A DNA stretch of 64,000 nucleotides from Eledone cirrhosa (Eukaryota). The position numbers and the translations under genes were made by a program. Under the pieces are notes generated by a model. That model was given only the letters and a program-made list of their open reading frames with translations. It searched no databases and was not told where the DNA came from. This document shows positions 26,901-41,000 of this stretch, one piece after another; the first letter of the stretch is position 1; every line of letters begins with the position of its first letter. The stretch is from assembly GCA_964016885.1 (NCBI GenBank), contig OZ024744.1:12462001-12526000 (forward strand), written 5' to 3'.

Positions 26901-28780
26901 CATGACAGTGGTGTAGGGGTAGTAGTGGTGACATGACAGTAGTGTAGGTGGTAGTAGTGTTGACATGAGAGTAGTGTAGGTGGTAGTAGTGGTGACATGA
27001 CAGTAGTGTAGGTGGAAGTAGTGGTGTGATAACAGTAGTGTAGGTGGTAGTAGTGGTGTCATGACAGTAGTGTAGGTGATAGTAGTGGTGATATGACAGT
27101 GGTGTAGGTGGTAGTAGTGGTGACATGGCAATAGTGTAGGTGGTAGTAGTGGTGACATAACAGTAGTGTAGGTGGGAGTAGTGGTGACATTACAGTAGTG
27201 CAGTAGTGTAGGTGTTAGTAGTGGTAAAATGACAGTAGTATAGGTGGTAGTAGTTGTGACATCACAGTAGTTTAGGTAGTAGTGGTGGCAAAACAGTAGT
27301 GTAAGTGGTTGTAGTGGTGACATGACAGTAGTGTAGGTGGTAGTAGTGGTGACATGACAGAAGTGTAGGTGGTAGTAGTGGTGACATGACAGTAATGTAG
27401 GTGGTAGTAGTGGTGTGATAACAGTAGTGTAGGTGGTAGTAGTGGTGTCATGACAGTAGTTTATGTGGTAGTAGAGGTGACATAACAGTGGTGTAGGTGG
27501 TAGTAGTGGTGTCATGACAATAGTGTAGGTGGTGGTAGTGGTGACATGACAGTAGTGTAGGTGGTAGTAGTGGTGACTTGACAGTAGGGTAGGTGGTAGT
27601 AGGGTGACATGACAGTAGTGTAGGTGGTAGTAGTGGTGTCATGACAAAAGTGTAGGTGGTAGTAGTGGGGAGATGACAGTAGTGTAGGTGGTAGTAGTGG
27701 TGACATAACAATAGTGTAGGTAGAAGTAGTGGTGATATAAAAGTAGTGTAGATTGTAGTAGTGGTGACAAGTCAGTAGTGTAGGTGGTAGTAGTGGTGAC
27801 ATAACAGAAGTGTAGGTGGTAGTAATGGTGTCATGACAGTAGTGTAGGTGGTAGTAGCGGTGTCATGACAGTAGTGTAGGTGGTAGTGGTGGTGTCATGA
27901 CAGTAGTGTAGGTGGTAGTAGCGGTGTCGTGACAGTAGTGTAGGTGGTAGTAGTGGTGACATGACAGTAGTGATGGTGGTAGTAGTGGTATCATGACAGT
28001 AGTGTAGGTAGTAGTAGCGGTGAAATAACAGTAGTGTAGGTGGTAGTAGTGGTGTCATGACAGTAGTGTAGGTGGTAGTAGTGGTGACATAACAGTAGTG
28101 TAGGTGTTAGTAGTGTTTACATGACAGTAGTGTAGGTGGTAGTAGTGGTGAGATGACAGTAATGTAGGTGGTGAAGGTGGTGACATGACAGTAGTGTAGG
28201 TGGTATTATAGGTGCCATGACAGTAGTGTAGGTGGTAGTAGCGGTGTCATGACAGTAGTGTAGGTGGTAGTGGTGGTGTCATGACAGTAGTGTAGGTGGT
28301 AGTAGCGGTGTCATGACAGTAGTGTAGGTGGTAGTTGTGGTGACATGACAGTAGTGATGGTGGTAGTAGTGGTATCATGTCAGTAGTCTAGTTAGTAGTA
28401 GCGGTGACATAACAGTAGTGTAGGTGGTAGTAGTGGTGTCATGACAGTAGTGTAGGTGGTAGTAGTGGTGACATAACAGTAGTGTAGGTGTTAGTAGTGT
28501 TTACATGACAGTAGTGTAGGTGGTAGTAGTGGTGAGATGACAGTAATGTAGGTGGTGAAGGTGGTGACATGACAGTAGTGTAGGTGGTATTATAGGTGCC
28601 ATGACAGTAGTGTAGGTGGTAGTACGGTGATATGACAGTAGTGTAGGTGGTAGTATTGGTGTCATGACAATAGTGTAGGTGGTAGTAGTGGTGTCATGAC
28701 AGAAGTGTAGGTGGTAGTAGTGGTTACATGACAGTAGTGTAGCTGGTAGTAGTGTTATCATGACAGTAGTGTAGGTAGTA
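22340..28780. repeat. Near-perfect tandem duplication, unit 3218 bp
   Basis: ORF pairs 22705..24297/25923..27515, 24294/27512, 24613/27831 and 25283/28501, and GATATAAAA 24516/27734, are all offset by 3218. Confidence 0.92.
24620..25390. repeat. 12-monomer (384 bp) tandem duplication nested in the 3218-bp unit; copied again at about 27840-28610
   Basis: AGTGATGGTG occurs at 24751/25135 and GGTGGTATTATAGGTGCC at 24981/25365, both offset 384 = 12 x 32. Confidence 0.88.
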
Positions 28781-31700
28781 GTAGTGGTGACATAACAGTA
28801 GTGTAGGTGGTAGTAGTGGTGCATGACAGTAGTGTAGGTGGGAGTAGTGGAGACATGACAGTAGTGTAGGTGGTAATAGTGGTGACATCACAGTAGTGTA
28901 GGTAGTAGTGGTGGCAAAACAGTAGTGTAGGTGGTAGTAGCGGTGACATGACAGTAGTGTAGGTGGTAGTAGTGGTTACATGACAGTAGTGTAGGTGGTA
29001 GTAGTGGTGTCATGATAGTAGTGTAGGTGGTAGTAGTGGTGTGATAACAGTAGTGTAGGTGGTAGTAGGGTGACATGACAGTAGTGTAGGTGGTAGTAGG
29101 GTGACATGACAGTAGTGTAGGTGGTAGTTGTGGTGTCATGACAATAGTGTAGGTGGTAGTAGTGGTGCCAGGACAGTAGTGTAGGTGGTAGTCGTGGTGA
29201 CATGACAGTAGAGTAGGTGGTAGTTGTGGTATCATGACAGTAGTGTAGGTAGTAGTAGTGGTGACATAACAGTAGTGTAGGTGGTAGTATTGGTGACATG
29301 ACAGTGGTGTAGGTGGTAGTAGTGGTGACATGACAATAGTGTAGGTGGTAGTAGTGGTGACATAACAGTAGTTTAGGTGTTAGTAGTGGTGACATGACAG
29401 TAGTGTAGGTGGTAGTAATGGTATCATGACAGTAGTGTAGGTGGAAGTAGTGGTGTGATAACAGTCGTGTAGGTGGTAGTAGTGGTGCCATGACAGTAGT
29501 TTAGGTCGTAGTAGAGGTGTCATGACAGTAGTGTAGGTGGTGCTAGTGGTGTTATGACAATAGTGTAGGTGGTGGTAGTTGTGACATGACAGTAGTGTAG
29601 GTGGTAGGAGTGGTGACATGACAGTAGAGTAGGTGGTAGTAGGGTGACATGACAGTAGTGTAGGTGGTAGTAGTGGTGTCATGACAAATGTGTAGATGGT
29701 AGTAGTGGTGACATGACAGTAGTGTAGGTGGTAGTAGTGGTGAAATAACAATAGTGTAGGTAGTAGTAGTGGTGATATAAAAATAGTGTAGGTGGTAGTA
29801 GTGGTGACAAGTCAGTAGTGTAGGTGGTAGTAGTGGTGACATAACAGAAGTGTAGGTGGTAGTAGTGGTATCATTACAGTAGTGTAGGTAGTAGTAGCGG
29901 TTACATAACAGTAGTGTAGGTGGTAGTAGTGGTGTCATGACAGAAGTGTAGGGTGTAGTAGTGGTGCCATAACAGTAGTGTAGGTGTTAGTAGTGTTTAC
30001 ATGACAGTAGTGTAGGTGGTAGTAGTGGTGACATGACAGTAGTGTAGGTGGTAGTAGTGGTGACATGACAGTAATGTAGGTGGTAAAGGTGGTGACATGA
30101 CAGTAGAGTATGTGGTAGTATTGGTGACATGACAGTAGTGTAGGTGGTAGTACGGTGACATGACAGTAGTGTAGGTGGTAGTAGTGGTGTCATGACAATA
30201 GTGTAGGTGGTAGTAGTGGTGTCATAACGGAAGTGTAGGTGGTGGTAGTTGTGACATGACAGTAGTGTAGCTGATAGTAGTGTTATCATGACAGTAGTGT
30301 AGGAAGTAGTAGTGGTGACATAACAGTAGTGTAGGTGGTAGTAGTGGTGACATGACAGTGGTGTAGGTGGTAGTAGTGGTGACATGACCGTAGTGTAGGT
30401 GGTAGTAGTGGTGACATGACAGTAGTGTAGGTGGTAGTAGTGGTGTCATGACAGTAGTGTAGGTGGAAGTAGTGATAACATGACAGTAGTGTAGGTGGTA
30501 GTAGTGGTGACATGACAGTAGTGTAGGTGGTAGTAGTGGTGTGATAACAGTAGAGTAGGTGGTAGTAGTGGTGACATGACAGTAGTGTAGGTGGGAGTAG
30601 TGTTGTCATGACAGTAGTGTAGGTGGTAGTAGGGTGACATGACAGTTGTGTAGTTGGTAGTAGTGGTGTCATGACAATAGTGTAGGTGATAGTAGTGGTG
30701 AAATGACAGTAGTGTAGGTGGTAGTAGTTGTGACATGACAGTAGTGTAGGTGGTAGTAGTGGTGACATGACAGTAGTGTAGGTGGTAGTAGTGGTATCAT
30801 GACAGTAGTGTAGGTGGTAGTAGTGGTGACATGACAGTAGTGTAGGTGGTAGTAGTGGTGACATGACAGTAGTGTAGGTGGTAGTAGTGGTGACATGACA
30901 GTAGTGTAGGTGGTAGTAGTGGTGTGATAACACTAGTGTAGGTGGTAGTAGGGCGACATGACAGTAGTGTAGGTGGTAGTAGTGGAGACATGACAGTAGT
31001 GTAGGTATTAGTAGTGGTGACATGACCGTAGTGTAGGTGGTAGTAGTGGTGACATGACAGTAGTGTAGGTGGTAGTAGTGGTGTCATGACAGTAGTGTAG
31101 GTGGTAGTAGTGGTGACATGACAGTAGTGTAGGTGGTAGTAGTGGTGACATGACAGTAGTGTAGGTGGTAGTAGTGGTGTGATAACAGTAGTGTAGGTGG
31201 TAGTAGTGGTGACATGACAGTAGTGTAGGTGGGAGTAGTGGTGTCATGACAGTAGTGTAGGTGGTAGTAGTGGTGTGATAACAGTAGTGTAGGTGGTAGT
31301 AGTGGTGACATGACAGTAGTGTAGGTGGGAGTAGTGGTGACATGACAGTAGTGTAGTTGGTAGTAGGGTGACATGACAGTTGTGTAGGTGGTAGTAGTGG
31401 TGTCACGACAGTAGTGTAGGTGGTAGTAGTGGTGAAATGACAGTAGTACAGGTGGTAGTAGTGCTGACATCACAGTAGTGTAGGTAGTAGTGGTGGCAAA
31501 ACAGTAATGTAAGTGGTTGTAGTGGTGACATGACAGTAGTGTAGGTGGTAGTAGTGGTGACATGACAGTAGTGTAGGTGGTAGTAGTGGTGACATGACAG
31601 TAGTGTAGGTGGTAGTAGTGGTGACATAACAGTGGTGTAGGTGGTAGTAGTGGTCTCATGACAGTAGTGTAGGTGGTAATAGTGGTGACATGACAGTAGT

Positions 31701-33384
31701 GTAGGTGGTAGTAGTCGTGACATGACAGTAGTGTAGGTGGTAGTAGTGGTGACATGATAGTAGTGTAGGTGGTAGTAGTGGTGTGATAACAGTAGTGTAG
31801 GAGGTAGTAGGGTGACATGACAGTAGTGTAGGTGGTAGTAGGGTGAAATGACAGTAGTGTAAGTGGTGTCATGACAATAGTGTAGGTGGTAGTAGTGGTG
31901 CCATGACAGTAGTGTAGGTGGTAGTAGTGGTGATATGTCAGTAGTGTAGGTGGTAGTAGTGGTATCATGACAGTAGTGTAGGTAATAGTAGTGCTGACAT
32001 AACAGTAGTGTAGGTGGTAGTAGTGGTGACATGACAGTGGTGTAGGGGTAGTAGTGGTGACATGACAGTAGTGTAGGTGGTAGTAGTGTTGACATGAGAG
32101 TAGTGTAGGTGGTAGTAGTGGTGACATGACAGTAGTGTAGGTGGAAGTAGTGGTGTGATAACAGTAGTGTAGGTGGTAGTAGTGGTGTCATGACAGTAGT
32201 GTAGGTGGTAGTAGTGGTGATATGACAGTGGTGTAGGTGGTAGTAGTGGTGACATGGCAATAGTGTAGGTGGTAGTAGTGGTGACATAACAGTAGTGTAG
32301 GTGGGAGTAGTGGTGACATTAGAGTAGTGCAGTAGTGTAGGTGTTAGTAGTGGTAAAATGACAGTAGTATAGGTGGTAGTAGTTGTGACATCACAGTAGT
32401 GTAGGTAGTAGTGGTGGCAAAACAGTAGTGTAAGTGGTTGTAGTGGTGACATGACAGTAGTGTAGGTGGTAGTAGTGGTGACATGAGAGTAGTGTAGGTG
32501 GTAGTAGTGGTGACATGACAGTAATGTAGGTGGTAGTAGTGGTCTGATAACAGTAGTGTAGGTGGTAGTAGTGGTGTCATGACAGTAGTTTATGTGGTAG
32601 TAGAGGTGACATAACAGTGGTGTAGGTGGTAGTAGTGGTGTCATGACAATAGTGTAGGTGGTGGTAGTGGTGACATGACAGTAGTGTAGGTGGTAGTAGT
32701 GGTGACTTGACAGTAGGGTAGGTGGTAGTAGGGTGACATGACAGTAGTGTAGGTGGTAGTAGTGGTGTCATGACAAAAGTGTAGGTGGTAGTAGTGGTGA
32801 CATAACTATAGTGTAGGTAGAAGTAGTGGTGATATAAAAGTAGTGTAGATTGTAGTAGTGGTGACAAGTCAGTAGTGTAGGTGGTAGTAGTGGTGACATA
32901 ACAGAAGTGTAGGTGGTAGTAATGGTGTCATGACAGTAGTGTAGGTGGTAGTAGCGCTGTCATGACAGTAGTGTAGGTGGTAGTGGTGGTGTCATGACAG
33001 TAGTGTAGGTGGTAGTAGCGGTGTCATGACAGTAGTGTAGGTGGTAGTAGTGGTGACATGACAGTAGTGATGGTGGTAGTAGTGGTATCATGTCAGTAGT
33101 CTAGTTAGTAGTAGCGGTGACATAACAGTAGTGTAGGTGGTAGTAGTGGTGTCATGACAGTAGTGTAGGTGGTAGTAGTGGTGACATAACAGTAGTGTAG
33201 GTGTTAGTAGTGTTTACATGACAGTAGTGTAGGTGGTAGTAGTGGTGAGATGACAGTAATGTAGGTGGTAAAGGTGGTGACATGACAGTAGTGTAGGTGG
33301 TATTATAGGTGCCATGACAGTAGTGTAGGTGGTAGTACGGTGACATGACAGTAGTGTAGGTGGTAGTATTGGTGTCATGACAAT

Positions 33385-36300
33385 AGTGTAGGTGGGAGTA
33401 GTGGTGTCATGACAGAAGTGTAGGTGGTAGTAGTGGTTACATGACAGTAGTGTAGCTGGTAGTAGTGTTATCATGACAGTAGTGTAGGTAGTAGTAGTGG
33501 TGACATAACAGTAGTGTAGGTGGTAATAGTGGTGACATGACAGTGGTGTAGGTGGTAGTAGTGGTGACATGACCGTAGTGTAGGTGGTAGGAGTGGTGAC
33601 ATGACAATAGTGTAGGTGGTAGTAGTGGTGTCATGACAGTAGTGTAGGTGGTAGAAGTGGTAACATGACAGTAGTGTAGGTGGTAGTAGTGGTGACATGA
33701 CAGAAGTGTAGGTGGTAGTAGTGGTGTGATAACAGTAGTGTAGGTGGTAGTAGTGGTGACCTGACAGTTGTGTAGGTGGGAGTAGTGGTGACCTGACAGT
33801 AGTGTAGGTGGTAGTAGAGTGACATGACAGTAGTGTAGGTGGTAGTAGTGGTGACATGACAGTAGTGTAGGTGGTAGTAGTGGTGACATGACAGTAGTGT
33901 AGGTGGTAGTAGGGTGACGTGACAGTATAGTATGTGGTAGTAGTGGTGTCATGACAGTAGTGTAGGTGGTAGTAGTGGTGTCATGACAGTAGTGTAGGTG
34001 GTAATAGTGGTGACATGACAGTAGTGTAGGTGGTAGTAGAGGTGACATGACAGGAGTGTAGGTGGTAGTAGTGGTGACATGACAGTAGTGTAGGTGGTAG
34101 TAGTGGTGTCATGACAGTAGGGTAGGTGGTAGTAGTGTTTACATGACAGTAATGTAGGTGGTAAAGGTGGTGACATGACAGTAGTGTAGGTGGTAGTAGT
34201 GGTGACATGACAGTATTGTAGGTGGTAGTAGTGGTGACATGACAGTAGTGTAGGTGGTAGTAGTGGTGTGATAACAGTAGTGTAGGTGGTAGTAGTGGTG
34301 ACATGACAGTAGTGTAGGTGGGTGTAGTGGTGACATGACAGTAGTGTAGGTGGTAGTAGAGTGACATGACAATAGTGTAGGTGGTAGTAGTGGTGACATG
34401 ACAGTAGTGTAGGTGGTAGTAGTGGTGACATGACAGTAGTGTAGGTGGTAGTAGGGTGACATGACAGTAGTGTAGGTGGTAGTAGTTGTGTCATGACAGT
34501 ACTGTAGGTGGTAGTAGTGGTGTCATGACAGTAGTGTAGGTGGTAGTAGTGGTGACATGACACTAGTGTAGGTGGTAGTAGGGTGACATGACAGTTGTGT
34601 AGGTGTTAGTAGTGGTGTCATGACAATAGTGTAGGTGGTAGTATTGGTGAAAAGACAGTAGTATAGGTGGTAGTAGTGGTGACATCACAGTAGTGTAGGT
34701 AGTAGTGGTGGCATGACAGTAGTGTAAGTGGTTGTAGTGGTGACATGACAGTAGTGTAGGTGGTAGTAGTGGTGACATAACAGTAGTGTATGTGGTAGTA
34801 GTGGTGACATGACAGTAGTGTAGGTGGTAGTAGTGGTGACATGACAGTAGTGTAGGTGGTAATAGTGGTGTCATGATAGTAGTGTAGGTGGTAGTAGTGC
34901 TGTGATAACAGTAGTGTAGGTGGTAGTAGTGGTGACATGACAATAGTGTAGGTGGTAATAGTGGTGCATGCCAGTAGTGTAGGTGGGAGTAGTTGTGACA
35001 TGACAGTAGTGTAGGTGGTAGTAGGGTGACATGACAGTTGTGTAGGTGGTAGTAGTGGTTTCATGACAATAGTGTAGGTGGTAGTAGTGGTGAAATGACA
35101 GTAGTATAGGTGGTAGTAGTGGTGACATGACAGTAGTGTAGGTGGTAGTAGTGGTGACATGACAGTAGTGTAGGTGGGAGTAGTGGTGTCATGACAGAAG
35201 TGTAGGTGGTAGTAGTGGTTACATGACAGTAGTGTAGCTGGTAGTAGTGTTATCATGACAGTAGTGTAGGTAGTAGTAGTGGTGACATAACAGTAGTGTA
35301 GGTGGTAATAGTGGTGACATGACAGTGGTGTAGGTGGTAGTAGTGGTGACATGACCGTAGTGTAGGTGGTAGGAGTGGTGACATGACAATAGTGTAGGTG
35401 GTAGTAGTGGTGTCATGACAGTAGTGTAGGTGGTAGAAGTGGTAACATGACAGTAGTGTAGGTGGTAGTAGTGGTGACATGACAGAAGTGTAGGTGGTAG
35501 TAGTGGTGTGATAACAGTAGTGTAGGTGGTAGTAGTGGTGACCTGACAGTTGTGTAGGTGGGAGTAGTGGTGACCTGACAGTAGTGTAGGTGGTAGTAGA
35601 GTGACATGACAGTAGTGTAGGTGGTAGTAGTGGTGACATGACAGTAGTGTAGGTGGTAGTAGTGGTGACATGACAGTAGTGTAGGTGGTAGTAGGGTGAC
35701 GTGACAGTATAGTATGTGGTAGTAGTGGTGTCATGACAGTAGTGTAGGTGGTAGTAGTGGTGTCATGACAGTAGTGTAGGTGGTAATAGTGGTGACATGA
35801 CAGTAGTGTAGGTGGTAGTAGAGGTGACATGACAGGAGTGTAGGTGGTAGTAGTGGTGACATGACAGTAGTGTAGGTGGTAGTAGTGGTGTCATGACAGT
35901 AGGGTAGGTGGTAGTAGTGTTTACATGACAGTAATGTAGGTGGTAAAGGTGGTGACATGACAGTAGTGTAGGTGGTAGTAGTGGTGACATGACAGTATTG
36001 TAGGTGGTAGTAGTGGTGACATGACAGTAGTGTAGGTGGTAGTAGTGGTGTGATAACAGTAGTGTAGGTGGTAGTAGTGGTGACATGACAGTAGTGTAGG
36101 TGGGTGTAGTGGTGACATGACAGTAGTGTAGGTGGTAGTAGAGTGACATGACAATAGTGTAGGTGGTAGTAGTGGTGACATGACAGTAGTGTAGGTGGTA
36201 GTAGTGGTGACATGACAGTAGTGTAGGTGGTAGTAGGGTGACATGACAGTAGTGTAGGTGGTAGTAGTTGTGTCATGACAGTACTGTAGGTGGTAGTAGT

Positions 36301-36920
36301 GGTGTCATGACAGTAGTGTAGGTGGTAGTAGTGGTGACATGACACTAGTGTAGGTGGTAGTAGGGTGACATGACAGTTGTGTAGGTGTTAGTAGTGGTGT
36401 CATGACAATAGTGTAGGTGGTAGTATTGGTGAAAAGACAGTAGTATAGGTGGTAGTAGTGGTGACATCACAGTAGTGTAGGTAGTAGTGGTGGCATGACA
36501 GTAGTGTAAGTGGTTGTAGTGGTGACATGACAGTAGTGTAGGTGGTAGTAGTGGTGACATAACAGTAGTGTATGTGGTAGTAGTGGTGACATGACAGTAG
36601 TGTAGGTGGTAGTAGTGGTGACATGACAGTAGTGTAGGTGGTAATAGTGGTGTCATGATAGTAGTGTAGGTGGTAGTAGTGCTGTGATAACAGTAGTGTA
36701 GGTGGTAGTAGTGGTGACATGACAATAGTGTAGGTGGTAATAGTGGTGCATGCCAGTAGTGTAGGTGGGAGTAGTTGTGACATGACAGTAGTGTAGGTGG
36801 TAGTAGGGTGACATGACAGTTGTGTAGGTGGTAGTAGTGGTTTCATGACAATAGTGTAGGTGGTAGTAGTGGTGAAATGACAGTAGTATAGGTGGTAGTA
36901 GTGGTGACATGACAGTAGTA
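33385..36920. repeat. Near-perfect tandem duplication, unit 1782 bp
   Basis: GGTGGGAGTAGTGGTGTCATGACAGAAG occurs at 33391/35173. ORF pairs 33437/35219, 33949/35731 and 34563/36345 have identical translations. Confidence 0.92.
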
Positions 36921-38049
36921 TAGGTGGTAGTAGTGGTGACATGACAGTAGTGTAGGTGGTAGTAGTGGTAACATGACAGTAGTGTAGGTGGAAGTAGTGG
37001 TGTGATAACAGTAGTGTAGGTGGTAGTAGTGGTGCCATGACGGTAGTTTAGGTGTTAGTAGAGGTGACATGACAATGGTGTAGGTGGTACTAGTGGTGTT
37101 ATGACAATAGTGCAGGTGGTGGTAGTGGTGACATGACAATAGTGTAGGTGGTAGTAGTGGTGACATGACAGTAGGGTAGGTGGTAGTAGTGGTGACATGA
37201 CAGTAGTGTAGGTGGTAGTAGTGGTGTCATGACAAAAGTGTAGGTGGTAGTAGTGGTGACATGACAGTAGTGTAGGTGGTAGTAGTGGTGACATAACAAT
37301 AGTGTAGGTAGTAGTAGTGGTGATATAAAAGTAGTGTAGGTGGTAGTAGTGGTGACAAGTCAGTAGTGTAGGTGGTAGTAGTGGTGACATAACAGAAGTG
37401 TAGGTGGTAATAGTGGTATCATGACAGTAGTGTAGGTAGTAGTACCGGTTACATAACAGTAGTGTAGGTGGTAGTAGTGGTGTCATGACAGAAGTGTAGG
37501 TGGTAGTAGTGGTGACATAACAGTAGTGTAGGTGTTAGTAGTGTTTACATGACAGTAGTGTAGGTGGTAGTAGTGGTGACATGACAGTAGTGTAGGTGGT
37601 AGTAGTGGTGACATAACAGTAGTGTAGGTGGTAGTAGTGGTATCATGACAGTCGTGTAGGTGGGAGTAGTGGTGACATGACACTAGTGTAGGTGGTAGTA
37701 GGGTGACATGACAGTTGTGTAGGTGTTAGTAGTGGTGTCATGACAATAGTGTAGGTGGTAGTATTGGTGAAATGACAGTAGTATAGGTCGTAGTAGTGGT
37801 GACATCACAGTAGTGTAGGTAGTAGTGGTGGCATGACAGTAGTGTAAGTGGTAGTAGTGGTGACATAACAGTAGTGTAGGTGGTAGTAGTGGTATCATGA
37901 CAGTCGTGTAGGTGGAAGTAGTGGTGTGATAACAGTAGTGTAGGTGGTAGTAGTGGTGACATAACAGTAGTGTAGGTGGTAGTAGTGGTATCATGACAGT
38001 CGTGTAGGTGGAAGTAGTGGTGTGATAACAGTAGTGTAGGTGGTAGTAG

Positions 38050-41000
38050 TGGTGTCAGGACAATAGTGTAGGTGGTAGTAGTGGTGACATGACAGTAGTG
38101 TAGGTGGTAGTAGTGGTGACATGACAGTAGTGTAGGTGGTAGTAGTGGTGACATGACAATTGTGTAGGTGGTAGTAGTGGTGACATGACAGTAGTGTAGG
38201 TGGGAGTAGTGGTGACATGACAGAAGTGTAGGTGGTAGTTGGGTGACATAACAGTTGTGTAGGTGGTAGTAGTTGTGTCATAACAATAGTGTAGGTGGTA
38301 GTAGTGGTGACATCACAGTAGTGTAGGTAGTAGTGGTGGCAAAACAGTAGTGTAAGTGGTTGTAGTGGTGACATGACAGTAGTGTAGGTGGTAGTAGTGG
38401 TGACATAACAATAGTGTAGGTGGTAGTAGTGGTGACATGACAGTAGTGTAGGTGGTAGTAGGGTGACATGACACTAGTGTAATTGGTTGTAGTGGTGACA
38501 TGACAGTAGTGTAGGTGGTAGTAATGGTGACATAACAGTAGTGTAGGTGGTAGTTGTTGTGACATGACAGTAGTGTAGGTGGTAGTAGTGGTATCATGAC
38601 AGTAGTGTAGGTGGAAGTAGTGGTGTGATAACAGTAGTGTCGGTGGTAGTGGTGGTGTCATGAGAGTAGTTTAGGGGTTAGTAGAGGTGACATGACAGTG
38701 GTGTAGGTGGTATTAGTTGTATCATGACAGTAGTGTAGTTGGTAGTAGTGGTGACATGACAGTAGTATAGTTGATAGTAGTGGTATCATGACAGTAGTGT
38801 AGGTGGTAGTAGGGTGACATGTCAGTAGTGTAGGTGGTAGTAGTGGTGGCATGACAGTAGTGTAAGTGGTTGTAGTGGTGACATGACAGTAGTGTAGGTG
38901 GTAGTAGTGGTGACATAACAGTAGTGTAGGTGGTAGTAGTGGTGTCATGACAGTAGTTTAGGTGGTAGTAGAGGTGACATGACAGTGGTGTAGGTGGCAG
39001 TAGTGGTGTCATGACAATAGTGTAGGTGGTGGTAGTGGTGACATGAAAGTAGTGTAGGTGGTAGTAGTGGTGACATCACAGTAGTGTAGGTAGTAGTGGT
39101 GGCATGACAGTAGTGTAAGTGGTTGTAGTGGTGACATGACAGTAGTGTAGGTGGTAGTAGTGGTGACATAACAGTAGTGTATGTGGTAGTAGTGGTGACA
39201 TGACAGTAGTGTAGGTGGTAGTAGTAGTGACATGACAGTAGTGTAGGTGGTAATAGTGGTGTCATGATAGTAGTGTAGGTGGTAGTAGTGCTGTGATAAC
39301 AGTAGTGTAGGTGGTAGTAGTGGTGACATGACAATAGTGTAGGTGGTAATAGTGGTGCATGCCAGTAGTGTAGGTGGGAGTAGTGGTGACATGACAGTAG
39401 TGTAGGTGGTAGTAGGTTGACATGACAGTTGTGTAGGTGGTAGTAGTGGTTTCATGACAATAGTGTAGGTGGTAGTAGTGGTGAAATGACAGTAGTATAG
39501 GTGGTAGTAGTGGTGACATGACAGTAGTGTAGGTGGTAGTAGTGGTGACATGACAGTAGTGTAGGTGGTAGTAGTGGTTTCATGATAGTAGTGTAGGTGG
39601 TAGTAGTGGTGTGATAACAGTAGTGTAGGTGGTAGTAGGGTGACATGACAGTAGTGTAGGTGGTAGTAGGGTGACATGACAGTAGTGTAGGTGGTAGTAG
39701 TGGTGTCATGACAATAGTGTAGGTGGTAGTAGTAGTGCCATGACAGTAGTGTAGGTGGTAATAATGGTAACATGACAGTAGTGTAGGTGGAAGTAGTGGT
39801 GTGATAACAGTAGTGGTGCCATGACGGTAGTTTAGGTGGTAGTAGAGGTGACATGACAGTGGTGTAGGTGGTACTAGTGGTGTTATGACAATAGTGCAGG
39901 TGGTGGTAGTGGTGACATGACAGTAGTGTAGGTGGTAGTAGTGGTGACATGACAGTAGGGTAGGTGGTAGTAGGGTGACATGACAGTAGTGTAGGTGGTA
40001 GTAGTGGTGTCATGACAAAAGTGTAGGTGGTAGTAGTTGTGACATGACAGTAGTGTAGGTGGTAGTAGTGGTGACATAACAATAGTGTAGGTAGTAGTAG
40101 TGGTGATATAAAAGTAGTGTAGGTGGTAGTAGTGGTGACAAGTCAGTAGTGTAGGTGGTAGTAGTGGTGACATAACAGAAGTGTAGGTGGTATTAGTGGT
40201 ATCATGACAGTAGTGTAGGTAGTAGTACCGGTTGCATAACAGTAGTGTAGGTGGTAGTAGTGATGTCATGACAGAAGTGTAGGTGGTAGTAGAGGTGACA
40301 TAACAGTAGTGTAGGTGTTAGTAGTGTTTACATGACAGTAGTGTAGGTGGTAGTAGTGGTGACATGACAGTAGTGTAGGTGGTAGTAGTGGTGACATAAC
40401 AGTAGTGTAGGTGGTAGTAGTGGTATCATGACAGTCGTGTAGGTGGAAGTAGTGGTGTGATAACAGTAGTGTAGGTGGTAGTAGTGGTGTCAGGACAATA
40501 GTGTAGGTGGTAGTAGTGGTGACATGACAGTAGTGTAGGTGGTAGTAGTGGTGACATGACAGTGGTGTAGGTGGTAGTAGTGGTGACATGACAATAGTGT
40601 AGGTGGTAGTAGTGGTGACATGACAGTAGTGTAGGTGGGAGTAGTGGTGACATGACAGTAGTGTAGGTGGTAGTTGGGTGACATAACAGTTGTGTAGGTG
40701 GTAGTAGTTGTGTCATGACAATAGTGTAGGTGGTAGTAGTGGGGAAATGACAGTAGTATAGGTGGTAGTAGTGGTGACATCACAGTAGTGTAGGTAGTAG
40801 TGGTGGCAAAACAGTAGTGTAAGTGGTTGTAGTGGTGACATGACAGTAGTGTAGCTGGTAGTAGTGGTGACATAACAATAGTGTAGGTGGTAGTAGTGGT
40901 GACATGACAGTAGTGTAGGTGGTAGTAGGGTGACATGACAGTAGTGTAAGTGGTTGTAGTGGTGACATGACAGTAGTGTAGGTGGTAGTAGTGGTGACAT

